NCBI GenBank assembly: GCA_964347685.1
Contig: CAYGAH010000235.1
Location: forward strand, 1 to 51,508
Reading direction: 5' to 3'
DNA: 51,508 bases
Source: an uncultured Candidatus Bathyarchaeia archaeon
GTDB lineage: Archaea > Thermoproteota > Bathyarchaeia > TCS64
Under the pieces are notes generated by a model that made no database searches, was not told the DNA's origin, and worked only from the letters and a program-made list of their open reading frames with translations. Position numbers and translations under genes: made by a program. This document shows positions 7,313 to 18,931 of this stretch, in pieces; position 1 is the stretch's first letter; every line of letters starts with the position of its first letter.

Positions 7313-8704
7313 ATGGTAGCAGACGTTAAGGAAGCCCCGAAGATCGTTATAATCGGACTGGGAACCGGTGGCCTCTACGCATCTAGGGCCGCCACTAGGA
7401 TCAACAGGAAAGCCCAGGTCACCATCGTCGAGAGGAGGGACTACGACATGTTCTCCCCCTGCGGCATCCCCTATGCAATAGAGGGGAAAGTCGAGGACTT
7501 CGATGAGCTCAAGCACACGGTCCCCGAGACAAGGCAGATAACGAAGCTGCTGAGGCACGAGGCCCTCTCCATAGACCCAAAGGGGAAGAGAGTCGAGGTG
7601 AAGAACCTAGAGTCGGGCGAGGTCTTCTGGCTCGAATACGACTCACTCATCCTGGCCACGGGGAGCAGCCCTATTGTGCTCTCCGTGCCGGGGGCCAAGG
7701 AATTCATGGGCCGTGGGGTCTACGTGGTCTCGAACCCGGAGGAGGGGAAGATTCTGAGGGAGGCCGCGCTCAAAAGCAGGACCAAGACCGCCGTCATGGT
7801 GGGCGGAGGAGCCATAGGCCTGGAGATAGCCCTCGCCCTTAGGCACCTGGGTCTGGAGGTCTATGCGACGAAGAGGAGCCCGGACCCCCTACCTAGGAAC
7901 CTCGACCCCGACATGGGGAAACTCATACTGGACTACCTCGAGTCCCAGGGGCTCAACATCCTCTTCGGGAAGGGCATCGAGAGCGTCAACGGCGGGGAAT
8001 GGGTCGAATCGGTCACTATAGCCGGGGAGACTATTCCCACGGACGTGGTAGTGATGGCCGTCGGGGTCGACCCAGCGTCATCCCTCGCTCAAGGGGCCGG
8101 GATCGCCACGTATAGGGGAGCGATAGTAACCGATGAGAGGATGGAGACGAGCTTTAAAGGCATATACGCCGTAGGCGACAATTGCGTCTCCTTCAGTGGC
8201 ATCGATAAGGAGCCCATCAGCGTGGCCCTCGCGACCACAGCCTTCAGGCAGGCGGCTGTTGCAGGGGTCAACGCTGCAGGAGGAAACGCTGTGTACGATG
8301 GCGCCTACGGAACCTTCGTCTCATACTTCGGGGAGATGGAGGTCTCATGCACCGGCTACAACACCCAGACGGCTGAGCAGCACGGGTTCAAGGTAGTCTC
8401 TGGTAGGGCGAACATGACGATACTTCCCAGGTGGATGCCCGATGCCAAGGAGATCTCCGTGAAGGTGCTGGCCGACGCCGAGACGGGGAGGGTTCTGGGT
8501 GGCCAGGCTATCGGCGAGGAGGGAACAGACTGGAGGATAAACATCATCGCACTCGCGATAAAGAAGAGGATGACCCTCCAGGAGCTAAGCACAGTAGAGT
8601 TGGCCTACTGCCCTGCGGTCTCGGACCTATACGACCCCCTCCTAGTGGCAGTAGACACAGCGATTAGAAGGCAGGAGGCCCTATCGAGAAGATCGAAGAA
8701 CTAA
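7313..8704 (+). CDS. FAD-dependent pyridine nucleotide-disulfide oxidoreductase, NADH oxidase / CoA-disulfide reductase family
   Basis: IIGLGTGGLYA FAD motif, single redox Cys in MFSPCGIPY, second GGGAIGLE dinucleotide motif, and a C-terminal dimerisation domain. Confidence 0.85.
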   Translation: MVADVKEAPKIVIIGLGTGGLYASRAATRINRKAQVTIVERRDYDMFSPCGIPYAIEGKVEDFDELKHTVPETRQITKLLRHEALSIDPKGKRVEVKNLESGEVFWLEYDSLILATGSSPIVLSVPGAKEFMGRGVYVVSNPEEGKILREAALKSRTKTAVMVGGGAIGLEIALALRHLGLEVYATKRSPDPLPRNLDPDMGKLILDYLESQGLNILFGKGIESVNGGEWVESVTIAGETIPTDVVVMAVGVDPASSLAQGAGIATYRGAIVTDERMETSFKGIYAVGDNCVSFSGIDKEPISVALATTAFRQAAVAGVNAAGGNAVYDGAYGTFVSYFGEMEVSCTGYNTQTAEQHGFKVVSGRANMTILPRWMPDAKEISVKVLADAETGRVLGGQAIGEEGTDWRINIIALAIKKRMTLQELSTVELAYCPAVSDLYDPLLVAVDTAIRRQEALSRRSKN

Positions 8705-9232
8705 ATCCCCTATCTATAACCAAGAGATATCTTACCCTCCTCCTTTATTTTCAGCCTTGAGAACATTGACGACCTGTACCCGGAAGGTTCAGGCAAGCTT
8801 CAGCTTTATGTCCTATTGCAAGCAGTTCTCTATTCACATTTATCAGTACGCCCATTCGTAGAAGGCTGACAATGCCTCCATGAGTACCTTCGCTTCGGCA
8901 CTTGCCACAGGCAGAGTAGCAGAAACGATGAGGCGGAGGGGTATGATATATTCTATTTCCTTTATTTACTTTCTTGATGCCTACGATTCTTTTCCTTAGA
9001 AAGACTAATAGTCTTCTCAACAACATTTTAGGAAAATACTTGATCTTCTCCCGTTCAGTGGTTCGTGAAAATTTTAGGTCTATAAGGGCTTTCCATTAGA
9101 TTGATTCCATGTTTAGCCTTAATAAAAGTTGTAAACCTATCGCCCGTAAGATGTCAAGTAAAGTCGATAATTCAGATTACGCAACGCATACACAATTTTT
9201 ATAGGACGAATCAAAATCATACTGATCCCTCA

Positions 9233-11463
<2,231 letters not shown>

Positions 11464-11628
11464 ATCCAACAATGAGCCAACGAACTATCTTACATCGTAT
11501 TATCAACGAATGGTCTTATTCAGTATATAATATTCTCTCGATTCGAACAGAATCCAGTGGATTAACTATTGAAACAATATCGCGAAGAAAAAGGTTGGAC
11601 CCCAGGTTCAGGGGTCCGTTTAGCTATC

Positions 11629-12975
11629 TTAAGCTGTGTAGCCTTGGGCGATCATCGCGTCCGCGACTTTGAGGAAGCCCGCGATGTTCGCCCCGAGGAC
11701 ATAGTTGCCCGGGTCGCCGAACAGCTTTGCCGTGTCGTAGGCGTTCTTATGGATATTCACCATGATCCCATGGAGCTTAGCGTCGACCTCCTCCCGGCTC
11801 CAGAAATAGCGCTGGCTGTTCTGCGCCATCTCGAGGCCGGATGTGGCGACACCGCCCGCGTTGGAAGCCTTTCCAGGGGCGAAGAGGACCCGAGCTTCCT
11901 GTAATACTTCAATGGCCTCGGGGGTGCTAGGCATGTTGGCGCCCTCCCCCACGGCGATTACCTTGTGGTCTACGAGCTTCTTTGCATCCTCTTCGTTTAG
12001 CTCATTCTGCGTCGCGCAGGGCAGGGCTATGTCCACATCGTATCCCCAGGGCTTGCCCTCTGTGACGTACTCCACGTTGTATTTCTCGGCGTACTCCTTG
12101 ATACGCCTCCTCTTGACGTTCTTGAGCTCCTTCACGTATGCCAGCTTACTCATGTCGATGCTGGCGGGGTCGTAGATTACGCCGTTGGAGTCGCTCAATG
12201 TGACCACCTTAGCGCCTAGCTGTATGCACTTCTCGGCTGCATGCTGGGCGACGTTACCGGAACCGGAGACGGCTACAACCTTGCCCTTTATCTCTTCATT
12301 CCTCGTCTTCAGCATCTCCTCGACGAAGTATACGAGGCCATATCCAGTTGCCTCGGTCCTGATGAGGGAGCCTCCATATGTCAGGCCTTTACCCGTCAGA
12401 ACGCAGGTGCCGTGGAGGTTGGTGATCTTCCTGTAGGTGCCGTATAGATATCCGATCTCCCTGGCGCCTACACCGATGTCTCCTGCGGGCACATCTACGA
12501 ACTGACCGATGTGCCTGTACATCTCCATCATGAAACTGTGACAGAAGCTCTCAACTTCCGTGTCGGTCTTGCCCTTCGGGTTGAAGTCGGAGCCGCCCTT
12601 TCCTCCTCCCATCGGGAGGCCGGTGAGGCTGTTCTTGAATGTCTGCTCGAATCCTAGGAACTTAAGCAGGCCAAGCTTGACCGTGGGGTGGAACCTGAAG
12701 CCGCCCTTGTAGGGGCCGATAGCGGAGTTGAACTGGATCCTGAATCCCCTGTTTACCTGGAGCTTTCCGTCCTTGTCCTTCCAGGGGACCCGGAACTGGA
12801 CTATCCGCTCCGGCTCGACGATCCTCTCGAGGATAGAATGTTCCTTGTACTGTGGGAATTTCAATATGGCGGGCTCAACGTTCTCCAATACTTCATGAAC
12901 TGCCTGGTGGAAGGTCTTCTGGAGGGGGTCCTTCTCGACAACCGATTCATAAACGCTCTCAATGTACTTGTCCAT
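11629..12975 (-). CDS. gdhA: Glutamate dehydrogenase (hexameric Glu/Leu/Phe/Val DH family)
   Basis: 448 aa with the catalytic LPMGGGKGGSDFNPKG motif and the GSGNVAQ Rossmann motif. Confidence 0.95.
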   Translation of the reverse strand: MDKYIESVYESVVEKDPLQKTFHQAVHEVLENVEPAILKFPQYKEHSILERIVEPERIVQFRVPWKDKDGKLQVNRGFRIQFNSAIGPYKGGFRFHPTVKLGLLKFLGFEQTFKNSLTGLPMGGGKGGSDFNPKGKTDTEVESFCHSFMMEMYRHIGQFVDVPAGDIGVGAREIGYLYGTYRKITNLHGTCVLTGKGLTYGGSLIRTEATGYGLVYFVEEMLKTRNEEIKGKVVAVSGSGNVAQHAAEKCIQLGAKVVTLSDSNGVIYDPASIDMSKLAYVKELKNVKRRRIKEYAEKYNVEYVTEGKPWGYDVDIALPCATQNELNEEDAKKLVDHKVIAVGEGANMPSTPEAIEVLQEARVLFAPGKASNAGGVATSGLEMAQNSQRYFWSREEVDAKLHGIMVNIHKNAYDTAKLFGDPGNYVLGANIAGFLKVADAMIAQGYTA

Positions 12976-13179
12976 ACAATCTCACCTTACAATTCACTGA
13001 GGGAGTTTCACGTTTAATATTTATGTCTTTTCAAATTGGGTGTTGAAAAATAAATACTCTATATATAAATTCGATATTGTATTACTAAGTTAAATAGATA
13101 ATAGAGATTAAGAAGGGTGCAATCAAAAAGGAGGGTGTCGCGAGTTTGAGGATTGTTCCTATCCCCACTCGACTCCGGC

Positions 13180-15333
13180 CTAATCAATTCCGCCTTGGAT
13201 GGCGATCTTCCTTGCAGGCGTTTTTCCAAGGCTCCGTATCTTTTCGGTGAACTCCGCCATGAATTGGGCGAACTCCCTTGGCATCCCGGCGCTGCAGAAG
13301 ACCATCTCCAGCCTGTCTCCGCCGATTCCTAAGACCTCCAACGCTTTCTTGGCCACGTTGATCCTTCTCTCGGCCTTGTAGTTACCATCGATGTAGTGGC
13401 ATTGCTCCTTTAGACATCCCGACAAGATCACTCCATCGGCGCCCATCTCGAAGGCCGTGAATATATGCCGAATATCAACCCTCCCTGTGCATGGGACAAG
13501 TATGACACGAACGTTGACTGGATATTCCAGCCTCATGATCCCGGCAAGGTCGGCGGCGGCATACGAGCACCATCTACAGGCGAAGCAGACCACTACTGGT
13601 TCGGCCTCTCGTTCCGGCGTAAGCCATTTCTGAGGCGTGAGGAGGCCCTCAACCGCCGGAATCATTTGCTTGTCCTTGAAGTATCGCAGCTGCATGGCTC
13701 CCATTGGGCACTCCACGGCGCAGACGCCGCATCCCTTGCAGGCGGCCTCGATGACGTGAGGCTCGCTGAAGGCGCCAAGCTCGATCGCATTGAACGGGCA
13801 CGATGTGGCACATGCACCACAGCCAACACATAGTTCTGGGTCGACGACAGCCGTGATGGCTTCCGCACGGATCTTCCTTCTCGCCATCGGTATGGCAGCC
13901 CTGGAGCCGACTGCGTACGCTTGGGAGACGCTCTCGGCCACGTTCTTCGGCCCGTGGGCAGTGCCACAGAGATAAATCCCATCTGATGAGAAATCGACCG
14001 GGCGCATCTTCGGATGGGCCTCGAGGAAGAACCCGTCGGCTCCAACGGGAACCCTCAGCATGGTGGCGAGCTCTTTCCCATCCTCTCGAGGGATTAGAGG
14101 CGTCGAGAGCACGACGAGATCGGAGTTCAGGTTGATCTCTTGGTCAATGAGCGTGTCGTAGACCTTGACTTCAAGACCCCCATTGGGCAAAAGGGAGACC
14201 GTCGGAGGATTTTCTGGAATGTAATTGACGAACTTCACGTTCTTCTTCAGACACTCGAGGTAGTATTCCTCGAGCTCCTTACCGTAGGCCTGCAGGTCCC
14301 TGTAGAGGATGAATACCTCTGACGAGGGCTGCATCTCCTTCAGGAGCAGGGCGTTCTTCAAGGCCACACCGCAGCAAATCCTCGAGCAGTACGTCCTGCC
14401 CTCGTCCTCCATGGCTCCGACGCACTGGATTATCACGACCCTGTCGAGGTCCCCCAAGGTTCCCTCGTCAAGGAGCTGTTCCAGTTCCAGCTGCGTCACG
14501 ATTTTTTCATTCTCCCCATACTCGTAGTAGCCCTCGGGTACGAACACCTCTGCCCCCGTGGCCACGACGATCGTGCCCACTTTTAAGTCGGCTTTCTCGC
14601 CATCGCCCTTCTGGACCTCGACCTCGAAGTTGCCGAAGAAGCCCTTAACGCTGCTCACCGCCGAAGAAGTGAGAAGCACTATGTTGGGGTTTTTCAAGAC
14701 CGCGTCTTTTAGGGGCTGGAGAACGTCCGAAGCCTTCTGCCCCGTCGGGTAGAGGACGTTGAGGTCCCTTAGGAGCCCCCCGACCTCAGCCTCCTTCTCC
14801 ACGAGATAGACAACGAATCCTTGGTTGGCCAAAGAGAGGGCGGTCGTCATTCCGGAGACCCCAGCGCCAATCACCAGCGATGTGGGCTCGATCTCGATCT
14901 CGGGTTCCTCCTCAGGATCGAGGTAGTGGGCCTTCGCTACCGCCATGTGGACCAGGTAGATCGCCTTTTCTGTGGCCTTCTCAGGGTCGTCCTTATGCAC
15001 CCAAGAATCCTGTTCTCGAATATTCACCATCTGGAAGAGGTACTTGTTCAGCCCCGCCTCCTCAACAACCTCCCTGAAGAGGTATTCGTGCGTCCTAGGG
15101 GTGCAAGAAGCTACCACGACCCTCTCGAGATCCTGTGTTTCTATTGCCTCCTTAATGCTGCTTATCCCCTCCGAGGAGCACGTGTGAAGGTTGTCATCGA
15201 CATGGACGACGTTGGGAAGAGTTCTAGTGTACTCCGCGACCTTGGGTATATCGACGACGCCGGCGATGTTGATGCCACAGCGGCACAGGAACACGCCGAT
15301 CCTTGGATGTTCCCCGTTGTATGGGGCGCTCAT
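13180..15333 (-). CDS. hdrA: Heterodisulfide reductase subunit A fused to an MvhD (methyl-viologen-reducing hydrogenase delta) domain
   Basis: Contains the HdrA N-terminal domain (IGVFLCRCGINI), a VIGAGVSGM FAD motif, IIQCVGAMED...YCSRICC, and two CxxCxxCxxxC ferredoxin motifs. The C-terminal part (VVCFACRWCSYAAADLAG...VPCTGRVD...GADGVILSGC) is typical of MvhD. Confidence 0.85.
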   Translation of the reverse strand: MSAPYNGEHPRIGVFLCRCGINIAGVVDIPKVAEYTRTLPNVVHVDDNLHTCSSEGISSIKEAIETQDLERVVVASCTPRTHEYLFREVVEEAGLNKYLFQMVNIREQDSWVHKDDPEKATEKAIYLVHMAVAKAHYLDPEEEPEIEIEPTSLVIGAGVSGMTTALSLANQGFVVYLVEKEAEVGGLLRDLNVLYPTGQKASDVLQPLKDAVLKNPNIVLLTSSAVSSVKGFFGNFEVEVQKGDGEKADLKVGTIVVATGAEVFVPEGYYEYGENEKIVTQLELEQLLDEGTLGDLDRVVIIQCVGAMEDEGRTYCSRICCGVALKNALLLKEMQPSSEVFILYRDLQAYGKELEEYYLECLKKNVKFVNYIPENPPTVSLLPNGGLEVKVYDTLIDQEINLNSDLVVLSTPLIPREDGKELATMLRVPVGADGFFLEAHPKMRPVDFSSDGIYLCGTAHGPKNVAESVSQAYAVGSRAAIPMARRKIRAEAITAVVDPELCVGCGACATSCPFNAIELGAFSEPHVIEAACKGCGVCAVECPMGAMQLRYFKDKQMIPAVEGLLTPQKWLTPEREAEPVVVCFACRWCSYAAADLAGIMRLEYPVNVRVILVPCTGRVDIRHIFTAFEMGADGVILSGCLKEQCHYIDGNYKAERRINVAKKALEVLGIGGDRLEMVFCSAGMPREFAQFMAEFTEKIRSLGKTPARKIAIQGGID

Positions 15334-18047
15334 TCTGAACCCTCCACGATAGCCACCGACTCCACAATCTCCGCCGCCCTTGCCGCGGCCCCCGATGCGT
15401 CTGCGATGGAATCGGGGATGTCCTTAGGCTCTTGGCAGTATCCGCAGACGAAGATCCCTTCCCTGGTCGTGTCCAGTGGAGCCAGAATCGGATTCTGGCT
15501 TTTGTAGAATCCGTATTCGTCCAACTCTACGCCCAAGATCTTGGCCAACTCAGGGTTCCCAGGGTTTGGGGTCAGAGCCGTGCTGAGCACCACGAGGTCG
15601 AATTCCACCTCGTTCATGTCCCCGGTGGTAGTGTCCTCGTACCAGAAACTGAGTTCGCCCGTCTGGGGGTCTTCTCTGATCTCGCTTGGCTTCGCCCTGA
15701 CGTACTCGACTCCGTATCTGTCGCGAGCCCTGTTGACCAGCTCCCTGAATCCCTTGCCGAAGGCCCTGAGGTCGGTGTAGAAGATAGAGACCTCCGTTTG
15801 GGGCTCGTGCTCCTTGACGAGCATGGCTTCCTTGGTGGCGTGCATGCAGCAGACTGCCGAACAGTATTGGTGGCCTTCTCCCAGGCTGCGAGATCCGACG
15901 CACTGGATGAAGGCAACCTTTTTGGGAACCGAGTGGTCCGACGGCCTTATTAGGTGCCCCGTTGTGGGGCCCGTCGCTGAAACGAGCCGTTCGAGTTCGA
16001 GGGCCGTGATAACGTTCTGATACCTCCCGTATCCGTACTCCTTTATACCTGATGGATCGAAAGGGGTGAGGCCCGTTGCCACTATGATGGCGCCAACGTT
16101 CAGGTCGACGTGCTCTTCGACCTGTTGGTGATCGATCGCATTTGGGTCGCAGATCTTCTCGCATTCGAGGCACTCGGAACAGCCGCCACAGGATAGGCAT
16201 CTCTCTGCTTCCCTGATCGCCATTTCCTCGGTGAAGCCCAGTTCGACTTCGCTGAAATTGCCGAATCTATCGACGACTTGGAGCTTGGGCATCTTCTCCC
16301 TTGGCCTAGGCTCGACGCCCTCCTTGGATACCTCTTCGACCTCCTGGACGGGTTCGTCTCGACCCCTTCGAAGGTCTTCGCCTCTCAAGTACCGGTCAAT
16401 GGATTCGGCGGCCCGCTTCCCGCTGCCTATTACCTCGATCACCGTCGATGGGCCATCCACGATGTCTCCCCCCGCGAATACGCCCGGGCGACTCGTCTCG
16501 AGGGTGACTTCGTCGGCGCTAATGGTCTCCCATCTCGTTGTTTCAATCCCCTCGGGTATCGAGGAGGTGTCAGGGACCTGGCCGATGGCCAGGATCACCG
16601 TGTCCGCCTCCATGAGGAACTCCGATCCCTCGATCGGGATCGGTCGTCTCCTCCCGCTATCATCGGGTTCGCCGAGCTCCATCCTCAGGCACTCTACTCC
16701 AGTGATCCTGCCGTCTTTGCCAGTAAACCTCATCGGGTTAACCAGGAAGCGGAACTTTACTCCTTCCTCCTCGGCCATCTCGACATCTTCGGGGTTGGCG
16801 GGCATCTCACCCCTTGACCTTCGATAAAGAATGCTCACCTCTTCACAACCGTCGCGGATGGCGCTCCTAGCGGCATCCATTGCGACGTCGCCGCCACCGA
16901 TCACCGTAACCTTGCCCTTGACCAGCCCCCTTTTCCCCATGTTTACATTCTTCAGGTAGTCGATGGCCTGGACCACTCCCTCAAGTTCCTCACCCTCGAC
17001 GTTGAGGCCCCTGCTGTCTTGGGCTCCGATCGCGATGAACGCTGACTTGTAACCGTCTTCGAAGAGTCCATCGACGGTGATGTCCTTGCCGAGCTGCGTG
17101 CTGGTCTTTATCTCCACGCCGCTGTCTATTATCCTCTGGATCTCGATGTCGAGGTCCTCTTTCGGGAGGCGATATGGCGGGATGCCATATCTAAGCATCC
17201 CACCTGGCTCGGGCATCGATTCGAAGACCGTGACTGGATAGCCAAGCTTCACCAGCTCGAAGGCGGCGGTGAGCCCCGCTGGGCCCGCGCCGATAACGGC
17301 TACTTTATCATCGTACTTCCGGGGGAACGGCTCAATCTTCTCCTTCCCTTTTTTAACCTCGTAATCAGAGACGAATCGTTTCAAGGCCTTGATCGCTATT
17401 GGTTCCTCAACCTTCCCGCGCTCGCATTCGGCCTCACAAGGATGGAAGCACACCTTACCGCAAACAGCGGGGAATGGGATGGCCGTCCTGATTAGTTCGA
17501 GAGCCTCCTCGAACTTACCATCCTTTATCAGAGCGACGTATCCTTGAACGTTTATGCCTCCTGGGCAGGCCACGCGGCAAAGAGGAACCCCTTTTTTATC
17601 GATGGTAAAGACGTTCGGGATCGCCTGTGGAAAGGGTCTGTAGATGGCTTTCCTCGTCCCCAGGCTGCCTTCGAACTCGTTTGGGAGGGTCACCGTGCAT
17701 ACTTCTGTACAATTGTCACAGCCGGTGCATTTCTCCTCGTCAACGAACCTCGTTTTTCTCAGGACTTTGACCGTGAAGTCACCGGCCGACCCCTCTACTT
17801 CCTTTACTTCGCTGTAGGTCAACAGATTGATGTTTGGATGGCGATAGCAGTCGATCATCTTCGGGGCGAGAATGCAGATGGAGCAGTCCATCGTCGGGAA
17901 GGTCTTATCCAACATGACCATGCTCCCTCCGATGCTCGGGGTTTTCTCCACGAGATGAACCTTGTAACCTCTGTCGGCCAGATCCACCGAAGCCTGAATG
18001 CCCGCAATCCCTCCCCCTATCACGACGACGGAAGCTTCTTTCTCCAT
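15330..18047 (-). CDS. HdrA-like flavoprotein with an inserted GltD/NfnB-like NAD(P)H-binding module (HdrL-like mosaic)
   Basis: The HdrA N-half (VIGGGIAGIQAS, CTGCDNCTEVC) and C-half (CGGCSECLEC, FIQCVGSR, YCSAVCC) bracket about 400 aa. That insert is colinear with nfnB of this same window (CGKVCFHPCEAEC, VIGAGPAGL, GGGDVAMDAARSA, LGEPDDSGRRRP, AGGDIVDGPSTVI). Confidence 0.8.
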   Translation of the reverse strand: MEKEASVVVIGGGIAGIQASVDLADRGYKVHLVEKTPSIGGSMVMLDKTFPTMDCSICILAPKMIDCYRHPNINLLTYSEVKEVEGSAGDFTVKVLRKTRFVDEEKCTGCDNCTEVCTVTLPNEFEGSLGTRKAIYRPFPQAIPNVFTIDKKGVPLCRVACPGGINVQGYVALIKDGKFEEALELIRTAIPFPAVCGKVCFHPCEAECERGKVEEPIAIKALKRFVSDYEVKKGKEKIEPFPRKYDDKVAVIGAGPAGLTAAFELVKLGYPVTVFESMPEPGGMLRYGIPPYRLPKEDLDIEIQRIIDSGVEIKTSTQLGKDITVDGLFEDGYKSAFIAIGAQDSRGLNVEGEELEGVVQAIDYLKNVNMGKRGLVKGKVTVIGGGDVAMDAARSAIRDGCEEVSILYRRSRGEMPANPEDVEMAEEEGVKFRFLVNPMRFTGKDGRITGVECLRMELGEPDDSGRRRPIPIEGSEFLMEADTVILAIGQVPDTSSIPEGIETTRWETISADEVTLETSRPGVFAGGDIVDGPSTVIEVIGSGKRAAESIDRYLRGEDLRRGRDEPVQEVEEVSKEGVEPRPREKMPKLQVVDRFGNFSEVELGFTEEMAIREAERCLSCGGCSECLECEKICDPNAIDHQQVEEHVDLNVGAIIVATGLTPFDPSGIKEYGYGRYQNVITALELERLVSATGPTTGHLIRPSDHSVPKKVAFIQCVGSRSLGEGHQYCSAVCCMHATKEAMLVKEHEPQTEVSIFYTDLRAFGKGFRELVNRARDRYGVEYVRAKPSEIREDPQTGELSFWYEDTTTGDMNEVEFDLVVLSTALTPNPGNPELAKILGVELDEYGFYKSQNPILAPLDTTREGIFVCGYCQEPKDIPDSIADASGAAARAAEIVESVAIVEGSE

Positions 18048-18048
18048 T

Positions 18049-18927
18049 TTACTCCCCTCCGATCTTGTCTAGGACGTCCTCCACGGGGCTGAGGTTGAAG
18101 TTGATCCCCAGCTCCTCCTCGTCAAGCCCCATCGCGAGCCCGAGGAGCTGGGTGTAGTACAAAACGGGCAGATCGATCTCCTCGTCCTGCAGCACCGTCT
18201 TGATGGCGCCCTGCTTAGCGTCGTACATCTTGTGGCAGAACGGGCAGACGGTGACCATGCCGTCGAAGCCCCTCTTTTGTATTGCCTTCAACTTCATACC
18301 CGAGATCTTGAAGGAAGTATCAGGATCGCTGACTACGAGGCTCGCCCCGCAGCAATCGAGCTTCTCAGGGTAGTCTACGGCCTCCGCCCCCAGAGCGACC
18401 GTGAGATCGTCGAGGATGTGGGGGCCCTCAGCCTCGTCGGGCCGCCCGATGGAGCTCGGCCTGATCGCGTGACACCCGTAGTGGGACGCCAGCTTGAGAC
18501 CCTCGAGCCTCTTCGTCAACGAGCTCTTGATCTTCTCCACGCCGATGTCGTCGTTTAAGACCTCTATGAGGTGGCGGACATCGCTCTCACCGGTGTACTC
18601 CAGCCCCTCCACCGAGAGGTACCCGTTGACGGACTTCCGGAGCTCCGGGTCGGAGTCGAGAGCGTGCTTCACCTCGCACATCGAGAGGTGGCAACCGTTG
18701 CACAGGGGCAGCAGATCTATCCCGATCTCATCCGCGATCGCCAGGTTCCGGGCAGTCAGGTAGATCCAGCTGAAGCTGTTCAGGCTCCTGAGGGGGTAGC
18801 CGCAGCAGCTGAAGCCGTCGACGTCCACAAGCTCGACTCCGAGCTTTGGGAGTGTCTCCCTCGTCGACATCTCGAAGCCGTACTGCTCGGTCTGGATGGT
18901 GCATCCGAGGTATAGGGCGTACTTCAT
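18049..18927 (-). CDS. hdrB: Heterodisulfide reductase subunit B (two CCG domains)
   Basis: Two cysteine-rich CCG motifs (DGFSCCGYPL...CNGC and KLDCCGASL...CPFC); 292 aa. Confidence 0.9.
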   Translation of the reverse strand: MKYALYLGCTIQTEQYGFEMSTRETLPKLGVELVDVDGFSCCGYPLRSLNSFSWIYLTARNLAIADEIGIDLLPLCNGCHLSMCEVKHALDSDPELRKSVNGYLSVEGLEYTGESDVRHLIEVLNDDIGVEKIKSSLTKRLEGLKLASHYGCHAIRPSSIGRPDEAEGPHILDDLTVALGAEAVDYPEKLDCCGASLVVSDPDTSFKISGMKLKAIQKRGFDGMVTVCPFCHKMYDAKQGAIKTVLQDEEIDLPVLYYTQLLGLAMGLDEEELGINFNLSPVEDVLDKIGGE

Positions 18928-18931
18928 CCCT

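Noticed and set aside
8751-9026. 91-aa ORF (minus strand) with a CxxxCGKC-like motif in the 528-bp AT-rich spacer upstream of nfnA. A possible small gene, transposase relic or ncRNA in this unusually long spacer was also considered.
   Set aside because: Composition is non-coding-like and the motif is isolated. There is no start context or homology I can recognise. The spacer probably just houses promoters. It remains unexplained but there is no positive evidence.
9101-9232. N-terminal 44-codon extension of nfnA from TTG 9101.
   Set aside because: The extension is AT-rich, has no similarity to FNR-like N-termini, and MYKVLKKEQLAPNV at ATG 9233 matches the usual start of this family.
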